In this document: one piece after another, positions 40,731-51,288 of the stretch
Layout of the letters: each line of letters starts with the position of its first letter
Position numbering within the stretch: position 1 is the first letter of the stretch
Virus record (IMG/VR): IMGVR_UViG_3300042556_001362
Length of the DNA: 64,000 bases
Source: an uncultured virus (IMG/VR IMGVR_UViG_3300042556_001362)
Lineage: Duplodnaviria; Heunggongvirae; Uroviricota; Caudoviricetes
Reading direction: 5' to 3' (one strand)
Notes under the pieces: model-generated
The model's database searches: none
What the model saw: the letters and a program-made list of their open reading frames with translations, nothing else
Told to the model about the DNA's origin: nothing
Translations under genes and position numbers: made by a program

Positions 40731-42326
40731 TTATTGAGATGATCTACCCTCACCCTGTGCATTACGACCAGCAATGGTTGTTGTGGAGTCAGAGTTGTTA
40801 TTTGTTCGTTCTGCATCTCTTTGACGATTTCCTGCCAGGTTTGCCCTTGAGTCAGTTGTTTGTCTTGCAGACATTACAAATGGCTCATCGCCATCGGCTC
40901 TTTGTGGAAGATCTAACTTTTCACGAGCCTCGTTTGGAGTCATAACCTGTGTCTTTACATACCGCTCAATGATTTGAGATTGAGCAATTTCATCGGTCAG
41001 GGTTAACTCATTAAACTTAAGTTCTAGAATATCAGTCTTTTCTTTAATAACTTTGTTAACAACTTTTTCAAGATGTTTTTGTGCTGGGCGGGAAACTTGT
41101 TCTTTAAAAGTACGATCTTGTGAAAGGGCAGCAGCAATACCTGAGTCTGCACCTCCAAGTTTAGAGATAGGCACTTGATGAGCAATAAGAATATCATCTC
41201 TATTTTGTTTACGATACTCTTTAAATGATCCTTCTTGAATACCATTTTCAATAGGTTCCATTTTAAACTCAACTTTATTATTTTCTGTATCTCCAGGAAG
41301 CGGAATGTAAAGGGTTCTGTGTGACTGAGACTTAAGTCCAGTCTGCAAAAATCTAAACATTTTGTCTTCACCGTCAGATGACAATTTGGCACCTTTTAAG
41401 GTTACGATATATCTTGGAACAGCCTTATTTTCAAAGTAATCAATGTTGTATTGTGAGGCAAGTTGATCTCCAATTAAAGACGGCATTGCGGCTATAATAT
41501 CTGGAATACCATAAAATGTATTTAATGGAGAATATTCTTTATAATGAATAATTTCATTTGGACGTGGATCTGCAGTCATCGGGTTTTTATTTTTTGCCCC
41601 AAAATTTCTAAAGTAAACTACAGAATTACCAATGATCTGGACAAAGCCATCATGTAATCTACGCACACGAACTGTAGTTGCTGGGATGTGACCAAGATAG
41701 CCAATCTCCCCCGTAACAGTTCTACCTACTTCAAGAAACCCATTGCCAGTAGCCTGGACATCTGTGTAAAACTTTTCCATTGTTTTTGTAAAAGAATCAT
41801 CATCGTTAAGATTCTCTAACCAGTCTTTTAATTCAAGTTTCATTCTTTCAATACGATTACGAGCACGATCAACTGCTGCTTGATCCTCGTTCATTTCAAA
41901 CCTTAGCATTGTTCTATCTGCAATGTCAAAGCGGTAGCCAAGACCAACTACATTTTCTACCTTAGCATCAATAGCAGCATGATTAGCAAATGATGTGTCA
42001 TAAAAGTTCGCTAACTCATACATGTTATATGGAGGAGTAATTACGTCAAATAGTCCATATCCATTTCTGTATACCGTGCCAGGATTAATTGCTTTTGATC
42101 CAGCATCTACACCAGATGGTGTTGCGTTAGCAGAATCAAGATATTGATTTGTTGCAAAATTCATTGCTTTAGTTACGTTCCTTGCAGTTTTTCTGCGGAA
42201 GTTTTGATCTAGTCCACCAAAATCTTTAAGTTGATCCCAAGACTTATTAAATGGATCTTGTTGTGTAAAAGCGTTTTCTTGTTCTGGTTGGGTATTTAAA
42301 CCAACTCTTACGTATTCTTCACTCAT
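40731..42326 (-). CDS. Portal protein
   Basis: TGNGFLEV, EIIHYK..SP...YGIP, YFENKAVP, ILIAHQVP, MTPNEAREKLDLP. Confidence 0.92.
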   Translation of the reverse strand: MSEEYVRVGLNTQPEQENAFTQQDPFNKSWDQLKDFGGLDQNFRRKTARNVTKAMNFATNQYLDSANATPSGVDAGSKAINPGTVYRNGYGLFDVITPPYNMYELANFYDTSFANHAAIDAKVENVVGLGYRFDIADRTMLRFEMNEDQAAVDRARNRIERMKLELKDWLENLNDDDSFTKTMEKFYTDVQATGNGFLEVGRTVTGEIGYLGHIPATTVRVRRLHDGFVQIIGNSVVYFRNFGAKNKNPMTADPRPNEIIHYKEYSPLNTFYGIPDIIAAMPSLIGDQLASQYNIDYFENKAVPRYIVTLKGAKLSSDGEDKMFRFLQTGLKSQSHRTLYIPLPGDTENNKVEFKMEPIENGIQEGSFKEYRKQNRDDILIAHQVPISKLGGADSGIAAALSQDRTFKEQVSRPAQKHLEKVVNKVIKEKTDILELKFNELTLTDEIAQSQIIERYVKTQVMTPNEAREKLDLPQRADGDEPFVMSARQTTDSRANLAGNRQRDAERTNNNSDSTTTIAGRNAQGEGRSSQ

Positions 42327-42690
42327 CATTACCATACTTATCATAGGTTTGTCGTGCTGCTACCCAAGCACCATGATCATTCATGGAAGGAATTAAACCA
42401 CTTTTCATTCTGTCTAATTGTTCAGAATGTTCTTCCTCGCTAATTCTTGTTAATCCAGGCACAAAAACTGCCTTTCCTTCTCCATCATCACCGTAATGTA
42501 AAGCAACTTTTCTTAATTCTGCAATCTTAGAAATGTCTCCACGCTCTGCTGGAATGTTTAATATGCTTCCATTGCCGTCAGTAAACCAGGCACCGCTAGA
42601 TTTTTTGTACACATACAGGCCCCAGTTATAATCTTTTTCTATTACTTTGCGCCGTACATTGCCAACTTTTTTAAGAATCTCATTATCCAT
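42319..42690 (-). CDS. Hypothetical protein
   Basis: ORF coupled to the portal start; TGGTATACT at 42698-42706. Confidence 0.6.
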   Translation of the reverse strand: MDNEILKKVGNVRRKVIEKDYNWGLYVYKKSSGAWFTDGNGSILNIPAERGDISKIAELRKVALHYGDDGEGKAVFVPGLTRISEEEHSEQLDRMKSGLIPSMNDHGAWVAARQTYDKYGNDE

Positions 42691-42708
42691 AACCATCAGT
42701 ATACCATA

Positions 42709-45700
42709 TTAGAGTGCTGAAGCGGTATTTATTGACCAACTGACATCTTGATATATTTTCATTTTATCTGAGTCTAGGCTTAAGCCATTGTTATCGTCAA
42801 ATATGATTTTATTTGTTCCAAGATAGGTTTTATACACTTCTGATGGGTTTACACCATATAAGTCTGTTGATCCTATTACTAATACCCTGTTCCATGTAAA
42901 GTCATTATTAAAGTAGTAGTCCCACGTAAAATTTGTTATACCGTCTGTTTTAGCCTTTATCCAAGGTCTTGTTATTGTTTTTTGAACTTGTTGTAAATTG
43001 TTTGCTTGATAGTAAGAAACATTATTAAATAATACTGGACCATTAATATTTATTGATCCTAAGAATTCGTCAAAGTTAAGGGCAGAGGCAAAAGATATAC
43101 CTAAAACGCCCCATTCCTTGGATGTTAGAACTGGCTCTCTAACTATAGAACCGTTCCAATAATAAACTATATTATCAACCACCTGATTATTTAAAAGGCT
43201 TTTTGCAAAAATTCTTGCCCTTAAACCAGTGTCGCTATCTGCTACTATATAAAATTTTATTGTATCTTCTTTATAAATAATTTCAAATAGTTCTGTAGGA
43301 ACTGGAGGAAATTCTGTTTCAGAGTATCGAAGCCACATCTGAATAGCACTTATTAAATATTCTGAGGACAGGGTTTGATTTATAGGTAAAGAAATTCCAC
43401 GGCTCTCCAAGGATAGTACCTCTCCACGTACCTGAATTCCAGAATCTTTTGTTAAATATAGATATGGAGTGCTTCCTTTATAAATTGTAAATGGATTTTT
43501 AGACTTATAGTCAAAGTAAATTCCTGAACGTTTATATGGAAATAAATCAATACCAAACCTAGTGCCAACAGGGTTAAATGAGTTATCATTAAACGCTTGA
43601 GAAGCAATCTCTAACTTGCTTAATAAAACTGGCTTATTTAATATTCCACGAACATTAAACTCTAAATGATAAACAATTGCCAACTCATTAAAATCTACCG
43701 TCTTTGTTGGATAGATAAGTGCATTATTAACAACCTCAAATTTTGTAGTTTCCCAATCTGGATACTCATCAATGTCTATAATTGAATCACGGTAGACTGG
43801 TTCAATTGTTGTAAAGTTACTATCAAGTAGATTTGCCCCATCTTGCACATATTGCAAAGTTACATAACTTTTAATTACAGAGTTGGTGGTGTCGTAGGTG
43901 TATGTTTTTGTAGACCTTTGCTCTACATCTTCATAGTTATTCCAACCAGTTAATAACTGATTATCAAAATCATAGTATGTTCTTTGAACTGGTTGAAAAT
44001 AATTTTGATATAAATCTTCATAGGTCCATGAAGAAATTACTTCTTCTTCCGCTAAAGTTGTGGGGGATGGAGCGCTAAGGTTAAATTGTAAAAAGTCTAA
44101 ATCATAAAATTGATTGCCAGCATCGTTAGTTACGTATTGACCAAAATAAGATAGTGGAAGATAGTCTTGCCAGGATCCAGAAACACCAATATCTAAAAAG
44201 TAAGCCCCGTAGGACTCTAATGGCAAAAGGGTGTAACTTGCTAAATGTTCAACTAAAGCAATTGCATTTTCTTCTTCTGTTACTCCGCTAATTGATAAGT
44301 CGTCAAATGTTGCAATACCGTCGCTATTAAAATAATCAGATATCGACAATGAATTTTTTAATGTTGAAAAACCAACAGAATATATTCTTCCTAAAAATGT
44401 TCCAGACAGAGAACCATCTCCACCAACATATAATTTTAAAGAATTTCTATTTCCAAAAAATGTAGCAAGGTTTCCTCCGTACGTGTCTACTAAAGAACTT
44501 ATATTAATACCTACGGAAAAAAGTTGATGCTCCTCAATTGTTTCTGAAGTATATACGGTCTCATTTACTCCATTATAATTTAAAATGTAAGAAACTACGT
44601 CTTCGTCTTGTTGGATTACAAAATAGTTGCTATTAATTGAATTATATACTTTAAATAGTGTTTGAGTTGAATCAAGATTATGATTGCTAAACACTCCATA
44701 AAAAGTAGCAATCTGAGTATTTAAAATATTAAAACTTGTAAAATTAAAATAACATGCTTTTGCATTCCAAGAATTATTTGGTCGAAAAGTTATAAAGGTT
44801 TCATCATCAATTGGCCCAGAAACGCTATTTTGAATTGACTTATTGTCTTGATATAATTCTGTTAAAGTTTTGTCTGATAGATATATTTCTGGTAAAACAT
44901 ATTCTGGTGTTCTTAATACTTTAGAGGTTGTTGCTAGATTGTCAAAAGATCCTTGTTGCCATTCAGCAAAGTCTGGGTAAGAGTAGTTGGCGGTATAGTC
45001 TGCAAAAGAATAATCAATAAACGCTGCAGTGCCTCCATATGCTGAGTTTATGCCTTCTGGAGATATTACGCCTTGACCATAGACCCACCTTCTTTTTGCA
45101 ACATTTATAGGAACCTGATACGAATATATAGCGACACAGTCAACATCTATTGGATTAATATCTGAATAAGAATAAAACCCTAGCCAATCTTGACTTTTGT
45201 CTGACTCATCATACTCTTCTGGTAAAACTAAATTATCTGTTTCTATAGTTAAAGAAGCAACTTCTTCTCCATTAAGAACCAAGGTAGTAGCATTTCTAAT
45301 TAATCTTATTTGAATAAGCATTGGTCTGAACCATTCACCAACATAGTGAGAAACAAAGTCATTACCAATTACCAAAGTTAAAAATCCATTGTCTGCATAT
45401 AGGCCGTCATTTGATGCTATTGGGCCAAAGATTTTTTTAGATGTTACGGAGTCGGAATTTATTCTTAACCAAAACTCAACAGTATATTCTTTATGTTGAC
45501 CGACTTTGTTTAAAAACCCTTTACCTGGAATAATTAAAGAAGGCTCTCCATTTGGATTTGGACTAAGTGTTGTAACATTTGATGCTCCGTATACAAGAGG
45601 GATGCTAGTATTTTTTGCAAGCAATCTTTTGTCTGCAACAACACAATAAGCAGCGTCTCCAGACAATCCGTATGCTGGAGAAGACACAACCTGTGTTGAG

Positions 45701-46347
45701 TCTAATGCAATTGTTGCTGGCATTGATATTGGTGTAAGGCCAAGGGATGAATGATTAAACTCTTCAGACCATTGACCAACTGTGACTCCATTTATATAAT
45801 ATAAATAATCTGTTGAAACTGATCCGCCAACAGTAGATGTAATTTTTATAACTGATCTTAGCCCTGTATTTTCGTTAACAATTTCAGATGTTTGAGAAAC
45901 AAAAATCCACTTACTTGTAGATGTTATTGGGTATGTTTTTAATTTTTGAACTATAGATGCAGTTGTTGTGTCTGTATATTCAAATCCAATGGAAATAGAG
46001 TCTATATATTGGCTATCAATATATACGTGGGCGCCTATGCAAAAAGTACCCATACTATTATTTAAATCTGAAAAATTTATCAAATCTGGACTAATACAAA
46101 CAATATCCCCTGTGCCAGAAGGTGGGACGCTACCTAATAATTTATTTACTTCTACTGTAGGAAATGGAGCGTTAACATCTGATAACTCTATAGAAGGAGT
46201 TCCACCAGTTACCGTCCAAGAATCCTCTATGTCTTGATAATCTGAATCTATTAAATTAATATAGTCAATTGCGCCATCTAGTGCCCATAGTGCTAATGGG
46301 TGTTCTGCAAATATTTTTTCTGCATACAAATTTGATGGGGTAGACAT
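42709..46347 (-). CDS. Large virion structural protein with LamG/ConA-like domain
   Basis: YAEKIFAEHPLALWALD start, YTVEFWLRI LamG-like strand; 1212 aa. Confidence 0.6.
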   Translation of the reverse strand: MSTPSNLYAEKIFAEHPLALWALDGAIDYINLIDSDYQDIEDSWTVTGGTPSIELSDVNAPFPTVEVNKLLGSVPPSGTGDIVCISPDLINFSDLNNSMGTFCIGAHVYIDSQYIDSISIGFEYTDTTTASIVQKLKTYPITSTSKWIFVSQTSEIVNENTGLRSVIKITSTVGGSVSTDYLYYINGVTVGQWSEEFNHSSLGLTPISMPATIALDSTQVVSSPAYGLSGDAAYCVVADKRLLAKNTSIPLVYGASNVTTLSPNPNGEPSLIIPGKGFLNKVGQHKEYTVEFWLRINSDSVTSKKIFGPIASNDGLYADNGFLTLVIGNDFVSHYVGEWFRPMLIQIRLIRNATTLVLNGEEVASLTIETDNLVLPEEYDESDKSQDWLGFYSYSDINPIDVDCVAIYSYQVPINVAKRRWVYGQGVISPEGINSAYGGTAAFIDYSFADYTANYSYPDFAEWQQGSFDNLATTSKVLRTPEYVLPEIYLSDKTLTELYQDNKSIQNSVSGPIDDETFITFRPNNSWNAKACYFNFTSFNILNTQIATFYGVFSNHNLDSTQTLFKVYNSINSNYFVIQQDEDVVSYILNYNGVNETVYTSETIEEHQLFSVGINISSLVDTYGGNLATFFGNRNSLKLYVGGDGSLSGTFLGRIYSVGFSTLKNSLSISDYFNSDGIATFDDLSISGVTEEENAIALVEHLASYTLLPLESYGAYFLDIGVSGSWQDYLPLSYFGQYVTNDAGNQFYDLDFLQFNLSAPSPTTLAEEEVISSWTYEDLYQNYFQPVQRTYYDFDNQLLTGWNNYEDVEQRSTKTYTYDTTNSVIKSYVTLQYVQDGANLLDSNFTTIEPVYRDSIIDIDEYPDWETTKFEVVNNALIYPTKTVDFNELAIVYHLEFNVRGILNKPVLLSKLEIASQAFNDNSFNPVGTRFGIDLFPYKRSGIYFDYKSKNPFTIYKGSTPYLYLTKDSGIQVRGEVLSLESRGISLPINQTLSSEYLISAIQMWLRYSETEFPPVPTELFEIIYKEDTIKFYIVADSDTGLRARIFAKSLLNNQVVDNIVYYWNGSIVREPVLTSKEWGVLGISFASALNFDEFLGSININGPVLFNNVSYYQANNLQQVQKTITRPWIKAKTDGITNFTWDYYFNNDFTWNRVLVIGSTDLYGVNPSEVYKTYLGTNKIIFDDNNGLSLDSDKMKIYQDVSWSINTASAL

Positions 46348-46364
46348 ATTTCTCCTATCCCCTT

Positions 46365-46373
46365 ATTATAGCA
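46365..46373 (-). promoter_or_regulatory. Extended -10 promoter TGCTATAAT
   Basis: Followed by SD AGGAG and ATG 46347. Confidence 0.6.
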
Positions 46374-46382
46374 GGATGAGAA

Positions 46383-48425
46383 CTAATATAACTTAATCTC
46401 GCATGCGTCTGTTGAACAGTATTTCTCAGACTCAGCATCAAGATTGTCCTTGCCATCATAAATAGCAGACCAATCAATTTTGCCAATTGTTCCAACATAG
46501 GCATTATATTCTTCTTTTGTTATTTGAGTATATGGCTGTTGAGGATATGTCTTGTTGCCCATTGGTAAAAATGATACTGCTTTTAATTGACCCTCATACA
46601 TATGGAGTGCTGGAGCAATATGTTTAGACTCTAATTCTTTATCAAATGAAAGAGTTACAGATACGCCATTGTCAGACCAATACTTTTGAGCAGTTGCTGC
46701 CAAACCAATCTTTTCAAAAAGACTTACATCTTTTTCAGATCTTGGATGTCCAGATGCTACTGGGAAATATACCACTGAAGTGTTTGCAGATACTAGGTCT
46801 GCTTCAATTTTATACCCTGCCGCTTTAAATAAATGAAGCATTGGGTCTGTATTACCAAACCTAATAGCACGAAGATAAAATGCTCCTCCAGGACCCCAAT
46901 GAACTCCAGGAGTTGCACCAGAAAGTAATGATACAGAGCCAGAAGGTTTAACGGTAGTTACACGAATTGATTCACGTACACATAACCATTCTGAATATGA
47001 GTGATCGTATGCACGAATCTTTTTATACCCTTCGTCCATCCACTCACGAATTACTGGCATACCTTTTGTGTCTGCAAATGAAGCAATACCAGTTAGAGAT
47101 GTTCCGATACGACGATTACGTTGCATAATTCCGTTTGTAGTTTGCCAATGTGTTGGCATTAACGTAACAGTCTTGCCATATAAATATGCAAACTTTAATG
47201 TACGAAGAAAATCTTCTTTATCTTCATGACGGTTTAAATGAACTTCTACAAGAGTGCATAACTCGTAAGACTCTAGTGGTTGCTCAGCACATGGATTAAA
47301 TCCCATAACTCTAGAATCTTTATAATCTGGAGCATCTGCTAGTCTTCCATAATCCCTAGCAACATCTAGCCAAATAAATCCTGGCTCACCATTATCTGCA
47401 ATTAAATCAACATAGTTTTCATATTTTGTTCCAACCTCTGCAGCAATAGAATTATTAGACATCCATGCCCATCCTGGATTTTTTGAATCAAATGAGTTTC
47501 TATCTGGAAAAACCTCTGCATTTTTTAAATTAATAAAATCCTTATCTTCTGGTAATCCTAAAGCCAAGGTAGCAGAACGACGAACATTTCCAGACACAAC
47601 ACATGTACCAATAAGATTAATAATATCTACAATTGCTCTGGAATCAAGTTTTTCTTCTACTCTACCACCAATTACTGCGTCTATCTTGTTATGTAGTGCA
47701 ATAAGTGGTGCTGGACCGCTAGCAACCCCTCCAAAGCCTTTTATGGGGGCACCTAGAGGACGGATAAGGTCATAGTTAAACTTCTGTATAGCCTGATTAG
47801 GTCGCAGGTATGAGTTTAAAAGCATTCTTACAGAATCTACCCATCCTTCACGAGTATCTGGAATATCCCATATATTTTGTGGTTCTGTTGGAGCATAAAT
47901 AGGCATTTCTTTGTCTTGACCAATAGTGTCAAACCCTACACCTATACCTAACATTAAAGCATCCATTACCCAAGCAAACAAGGCTCCTGGATCATTACGA
48001 TCAATATCACGAGTAGATACCATTGCACAATTTTGAAGGGAAGCAGAATTACGTTTTTCCATAGTCATGGGGGTTCCAAATGCCCACAAACCACGACCTG
48101 GTGGTGTCCATTTTAATTCAAACATTCTTTGAAATGCTTCTTGGGCAGATTTTTGTGCTTTGTTGTCATTCCAGGGTAGGCGATTATCTTTAGCATGGTT
48201 TTTTTGTACTGAGTACATTCCTTCAATTACCCGCTTACAAACCTCATGCCATCTTTCTTTTGTTCCATCTTCTTTCATACGGGAGTATGTTCGTATAAAG
48301 GTGATCTCCCCCAGTGAGTTAGAGCCTGCGTCTGTAAATCCAAAAGGTGCTGGCACTGTAGAGTATTTGTTTACAAACTCATCTGACAAACGAAAAGAAA
48401 AGATATCCAACATTGATTTTTCCAA
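46383..48425 (-). CDS. nrdJ: Class II (adenosylcobalamin-dependent) ribonucleotide reductase, monomeric RTPR type
   Basis: PPGRGLW, LQNC, VVSGNVRRSA, NPCAEQ, ELCTL, TTVKPSGS, C-terminal CSTDAC; start may be 48413. Confidence 0.93.
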   Translation of the reverse strand: MEKSMLDIFSFRLSDEFVNKYSTVPAPFGFTDAGSNSLGEITFIRTYSRMKEDGTKERWHEVCKRVIEGMYSVQKNHAKDNRLPWNDNKAQKSAQEAFQRMFELKWTPPGRGLWAFGTPMTMEKRNSASLQNCAMVSTRDIDRNDPGALFAWVMDALMLGIGVGFDTIGQDKEMPIYAPTEPQNIWDIPDTREGWVDSVRMLLNSYLRPNQAIQKFNYDLIRPLGAPIKGFGGVASGPAPLIALHNKIDAVIGGRVEEKLDSRAIVDIINLIGTCVVSGNVRRSATLALGLPEDKDFINLKNAEVFPDRNSFDSKNPGWAWMSNNSIAAEVGTKYENYVDLIADNGEPGFIWLDVARDYGRLADAPDYKDSRVMGFNPCAEQPLESYELCTLVEVHLNRHEDKEDFLRTLKFAYLYGKTVTLMPTHWQTTNGIMQRNRRIGTSLTGIASFADTKGMPVIREWMDEGYKKIRAYDHSYSEWLCVRESIRVTTVKPSGSVSLLSGATPGVHWGPGGAFYLRAIRFGNTDPMLHLFKAAGYKIEADLVSANTSVVYFPVASGHPRSEKDVSLFEKIGLAATAQKYWSDNGVSVTLSFDKELESKHIAPALHMYEGQLKAVSFLPMGNKTYPQQPYTQITKEEYNAYVGTIGKIDWSAIYDGKDNLDAESEKYCSTDACEIKLY

Positions 48426-48575
48426 CTTTCTATTAAAAAATTTTATTAGCGCTTTACTAATCGTAAAGTAATCCTAGTATATCACAACATTAAAACAAAA
48501 ATTTACACGTAAACAATAAAGTAAATGTTTACTTTAGGGTTAAGTACTTATATAAAGTAAAAGTTGTACTCATTA

Positions 48576-49241
48576 TCAAAACTTACGACTATTTATATTA
48601 CACATCTCTATTTGATTTATATTTACATGTTTTGGCAGAGATCCAACCCAATAAATTGCGTTTGCTAAATCTTCTGCAGATAGGGCGTCATCTCTTTTTT
48701 GTTCTTGAGTATCGATTGTAGCAGGACAGATTTCAGTTATTTTTATATTATATTCAGGAAATTCTAACCTCATCGTGTCCACCAAACCTCTTTGCCCACG
48801 TTTAGCATTGGTGTAGTTTCCCCCTCCCCAATAAGGAATCTTTCCACCAAAAGACGTTACAAACACAATAGTTGCAGACTCTGACCTTTTTAAACATGGC
48901 ACAAATAATTGAGATAAATACATTGGCCCTGTTACATTAACATCATATGCCCGTTTAAAATTTTCTGGAGTTTCATTAATTATTTTTGTAGGACTGACCC
49001 CACCTCCAGCATTATTTACTAAAAGATCAATAGTTATATCTTTGTAAGTTTCAAAAAACTTTTCTATTTCTGGAAAATCTGTTATATCTAATTTATAAGT
49101 TTCAACATTTTCTGAAATTAATTCTGAAATTTTTGATAAGTTTCTGGATACTGCTATAACTTTATATCCATTTTCAGATAAAAGTTTTACAGTTGCATAT
49201 CCAACACCCTTGCTAGCACCAGTTACTATTGCCGTTTTCAC
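48576..49241 (-). CDS. Short-chain dehydrogenase/reductase
   Basis: TGASKGVG, NNAG, S...YTNAK, C-terminus PKHVNI resembling the YdfG subgroup. Confidence 0.9.
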   Translation of the reverse strand: MKTAIVTGASKGVGYATVKLLSENGYKVIAVSRNLSKISELISENVETYKLDITDFPEIEKFFETYKDITIDLLVNNAGGGVSPTKIINETPENFKRAYDVNVTGPMYLSQLFVPCLKRSESATIVFVTSFGGKIPYWGGGNYTNAKRGQRGLVDTMRLEFPEYNIKITEICPATIDTQEQKRDDALSAEDLANAIYWVGSLPKHVNINQIEMCNINSRKF

Positions 49242-49251
49242 CTATACTGAC

Positions 49252-49869
49252 CTAGTGAATCCAGTGTTGAGGAACCATTATCTTTTCGCCACTTTTAACT
49301 AAGTGTGCTGTATGGTGATACGGTGGTGAAGGAGGAAAAACAATAATACTTCCTGCCTTTGGCTTTACATAAAAACTATAATTTCCATTATTTTTTGCTT
49401 CTTCAAAATCTGACTCTGGGCTAGGCTGAGTCAATACTCCTTCTGGAGAGGCAATTGTAAAAGAAATTTCTCCACCCTCATAATCATCATTTAAGTACAT
49501 AACAAAAGAAACTTTAAGTCTTTCGTCACCCTCTTGTTGGTCAAAGTGAGCCCCCATGTATGTTCCAGGCATATATTTTTTAATTGGATACTGAGGGAAT
49601 AATTTTGGCTCATCTGTAATTCCTTGTGCTTTGGCATAGTCTCTTGCTACATCATCAAATGCTTTTTGTAATGTTTTATATATATAATCATTTTCTAATG
49701 ACTCGACAATATTTTTATCTGTTCCATACACATATTCCTGTCCACTACAAGCCATCCACTCACCCCAAGGATTCTTGTTATCATTTTCAATTGCTTCAAC
49801 AAGTTTTTTAGGATCTTCTATTACATTTGTGTAATAATAGACTTTTTCTTCAAGTATTTCTTTATCCAT
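49252..49869 (-). CDS. 2OG-Fe(II) oxygenase (P4H-like)
   Basis: HFD...YLNDDYEGGEI...PKAGSIIVFP...HTAHLVKSGEK. Confidence 0.9.
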   Translation of the reverse strand: MDKEILEEKVYYYTNVIEDPKKLVEAIENDNKNPWGEWMACSGQEYVYGTDKNIVESLENDYIYKTLQKAFDDVARDYAKAQGITDEPKLFPQYPIKKYMPGTYMGAHFDQQEGDERLKVSFVMYLNDDYEGGEISFTIASPEGVLTQPSPESDFEEAKNNGNYSFYVKPKAGSIIVFPPSPPYHHTAHLVKSGEKIMVPQHWIH

Positions 49870-49880
49870 GGCATTCTCCT

Positions 49881-50540
49881 TTAGTATTTATTTTTAACAT
49901 AGTGGTCTACTTCTTTTATAAAGCCAACCAAAACATATCTTATTGGTCCCTCACCAACATGTCTTACTCCATGCTCATATTTTTCATTTCCTGGAAAAAT
50001 TAAAAGTTCTCCTGGTTTTGGCCTTAATTCTAAATTAAGATTTTCAAAAAACAGTTCTCCCTTATTGTAATCATCATTAAGATATAGTATTGTAGCGTAT
50101 TTAATTGATGGATCAGTATGTTGGTCTGTATGGTGTTTTAGTTCAATTCCAGGCTGCATTCTTTGAATAGTAGCAAAACCGCTTAAATGTGTACTTGGGT
50201 CTGATTCTACAACCATGTCATTAAGTCTTTTATAAAAAGGCTTATACTCTTTATAATGTGAAATGTTTAAATTTTTATCAGCCCAGTTTTGAGTAATTTC
50301 AAATTTGCCTTCAGCAACAAGATTTTCAACATCATCTCTACCAAATTTTTCCATACAAAATCTTGGTAAATTTGATAGATATTCCACTTCCCAATCTGCT
50401 TGAGATGCTTCATTAATTTTACTCCATATAAAATCTACTTCTTCTTTTAATGGATAGTTTTTAACTAATAATAACTCTTCTGTTATTTCTTCAAATTCAT
50501 AATTATTTTTTGCTAATTGTTGCTTAAGGTTATTAATCAT
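49881..50540 (-). CDS. 2OG-Fe(II) oxygenase (P4H-like)
   Basis: HTD...YLNDDYNKGEL...PKPGELLIFPG...HGV....GPIRY; start at 50540 after GAGGAG. Confidence 0.9.
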   Translation of the reverse strand: MINNLKQQLAKNNYEFEEITEELLLVKNYPLKEEVDFIWSKINEASQADWEVEYLSNLPRFCMEKFGRDDVENLVAEGKFEITQNWADKNLNISHYKEYKPFYKRLNDMVVESDPSTHLSGFATIQRMQPGIELKHHTDQHTDPSIKYATILYLNDDYNKGELFFENLNLELRPKPGELLIFPGNEKYEHGVRHVGEGPIRYVLVGFIKEVDHYVKNKY

Positions 50541-50541
50541 C

Positions 50542-51288
50542 CTATATCTCCTCTGGTTTATACTTATTTCCATACACGTCTATTTTCCACCCTTGCTTAA
50601 GCAATTCTTGCCACTCTGCTCTTTCAATTTCTTGTTTTGCTCTGGTTTCTTTCATTTCTGCTGCCCAGGCATCTCTTAGTTCTTGTGGATATGCATCTTC
50701 TTCACGGTCATCCCAAAAAGAACCTATGGTATATCTAACACCATTAGTAATAAGTGTCACTTCATGCATATTATTAAATCCACCATCAAATGCGGCAAGC
50801 GTTCCAACTCTAGGTTGAATATTTAAATCTTGATTTGGAAATTGTAAAAGGCCTCCATCAAAATTATCATTTAAATATAAAAATGCTGCATACCTACTTC
50901 TAGTAAACGCTCCAGAATTTCCATGTTCATCTGTATTATCAGAATGAATTCTAGCGTAAGCCCCTGGCTCCCATTTTTGTGTATGATATCCAATTTGACA
51001 AATTATTTTTGGATCAAGATCATGAACACTTGCAACTGCATTTATAATTCCTTGTTTAATTTCTGAAAAAATATTAGGACTAAGACCTTCATTAATAACA
51101 TCTTCATCATTATCTTTTGGCAATACAGATGAGTAAGATTCATAAAAAGATATAGGCATCCAAGTAATTTTACCAGCATCTGCATGTTTGTCTAAAACTT
51201 TTATTAATTTTGCACAAGTATCTTCATCTATAAAATTTTCATAAATTACAATATCTTTGGTTAATCTTTTTTTATTATTTAAATTCAT
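50542..51288 (-). CDS. 2OG-Fe(II) oxygenase (P4H-like)
   Basis: HSD...YLNDNFDGG...HEVTLITNGVRY. Confidence 0.9.
   Translation of the reverse strand: MNLNNKKRLTKDIVIYENFIDEDTCAKLIKVLDKHADAGKITWMPISFYESYSSVLPKDNDEDVINEGLSPNIFSEIKQGIINAVASVHDLDPKIICQIGYHTQKWEPGAYARIHSDNTDEHGNSGAFTRSRYAAFLYLNDNFDGGLLQFPNQDLNIQPRVGTLAAFDGGFNNMHEVTLITNGVRYTIGSFWDDREEDAYPQELRDAWAAEMKETRAKQEIERAEWQELLKQGWKIDVYGNKYKPEEI

Noticed and set aside
48426..48575. Cobalamin riboswitch or NrdR boxes upstream of nrdJ
   Set aside because: The region is short and AT-rich with no recognisable B12 box or good NrdR consensus
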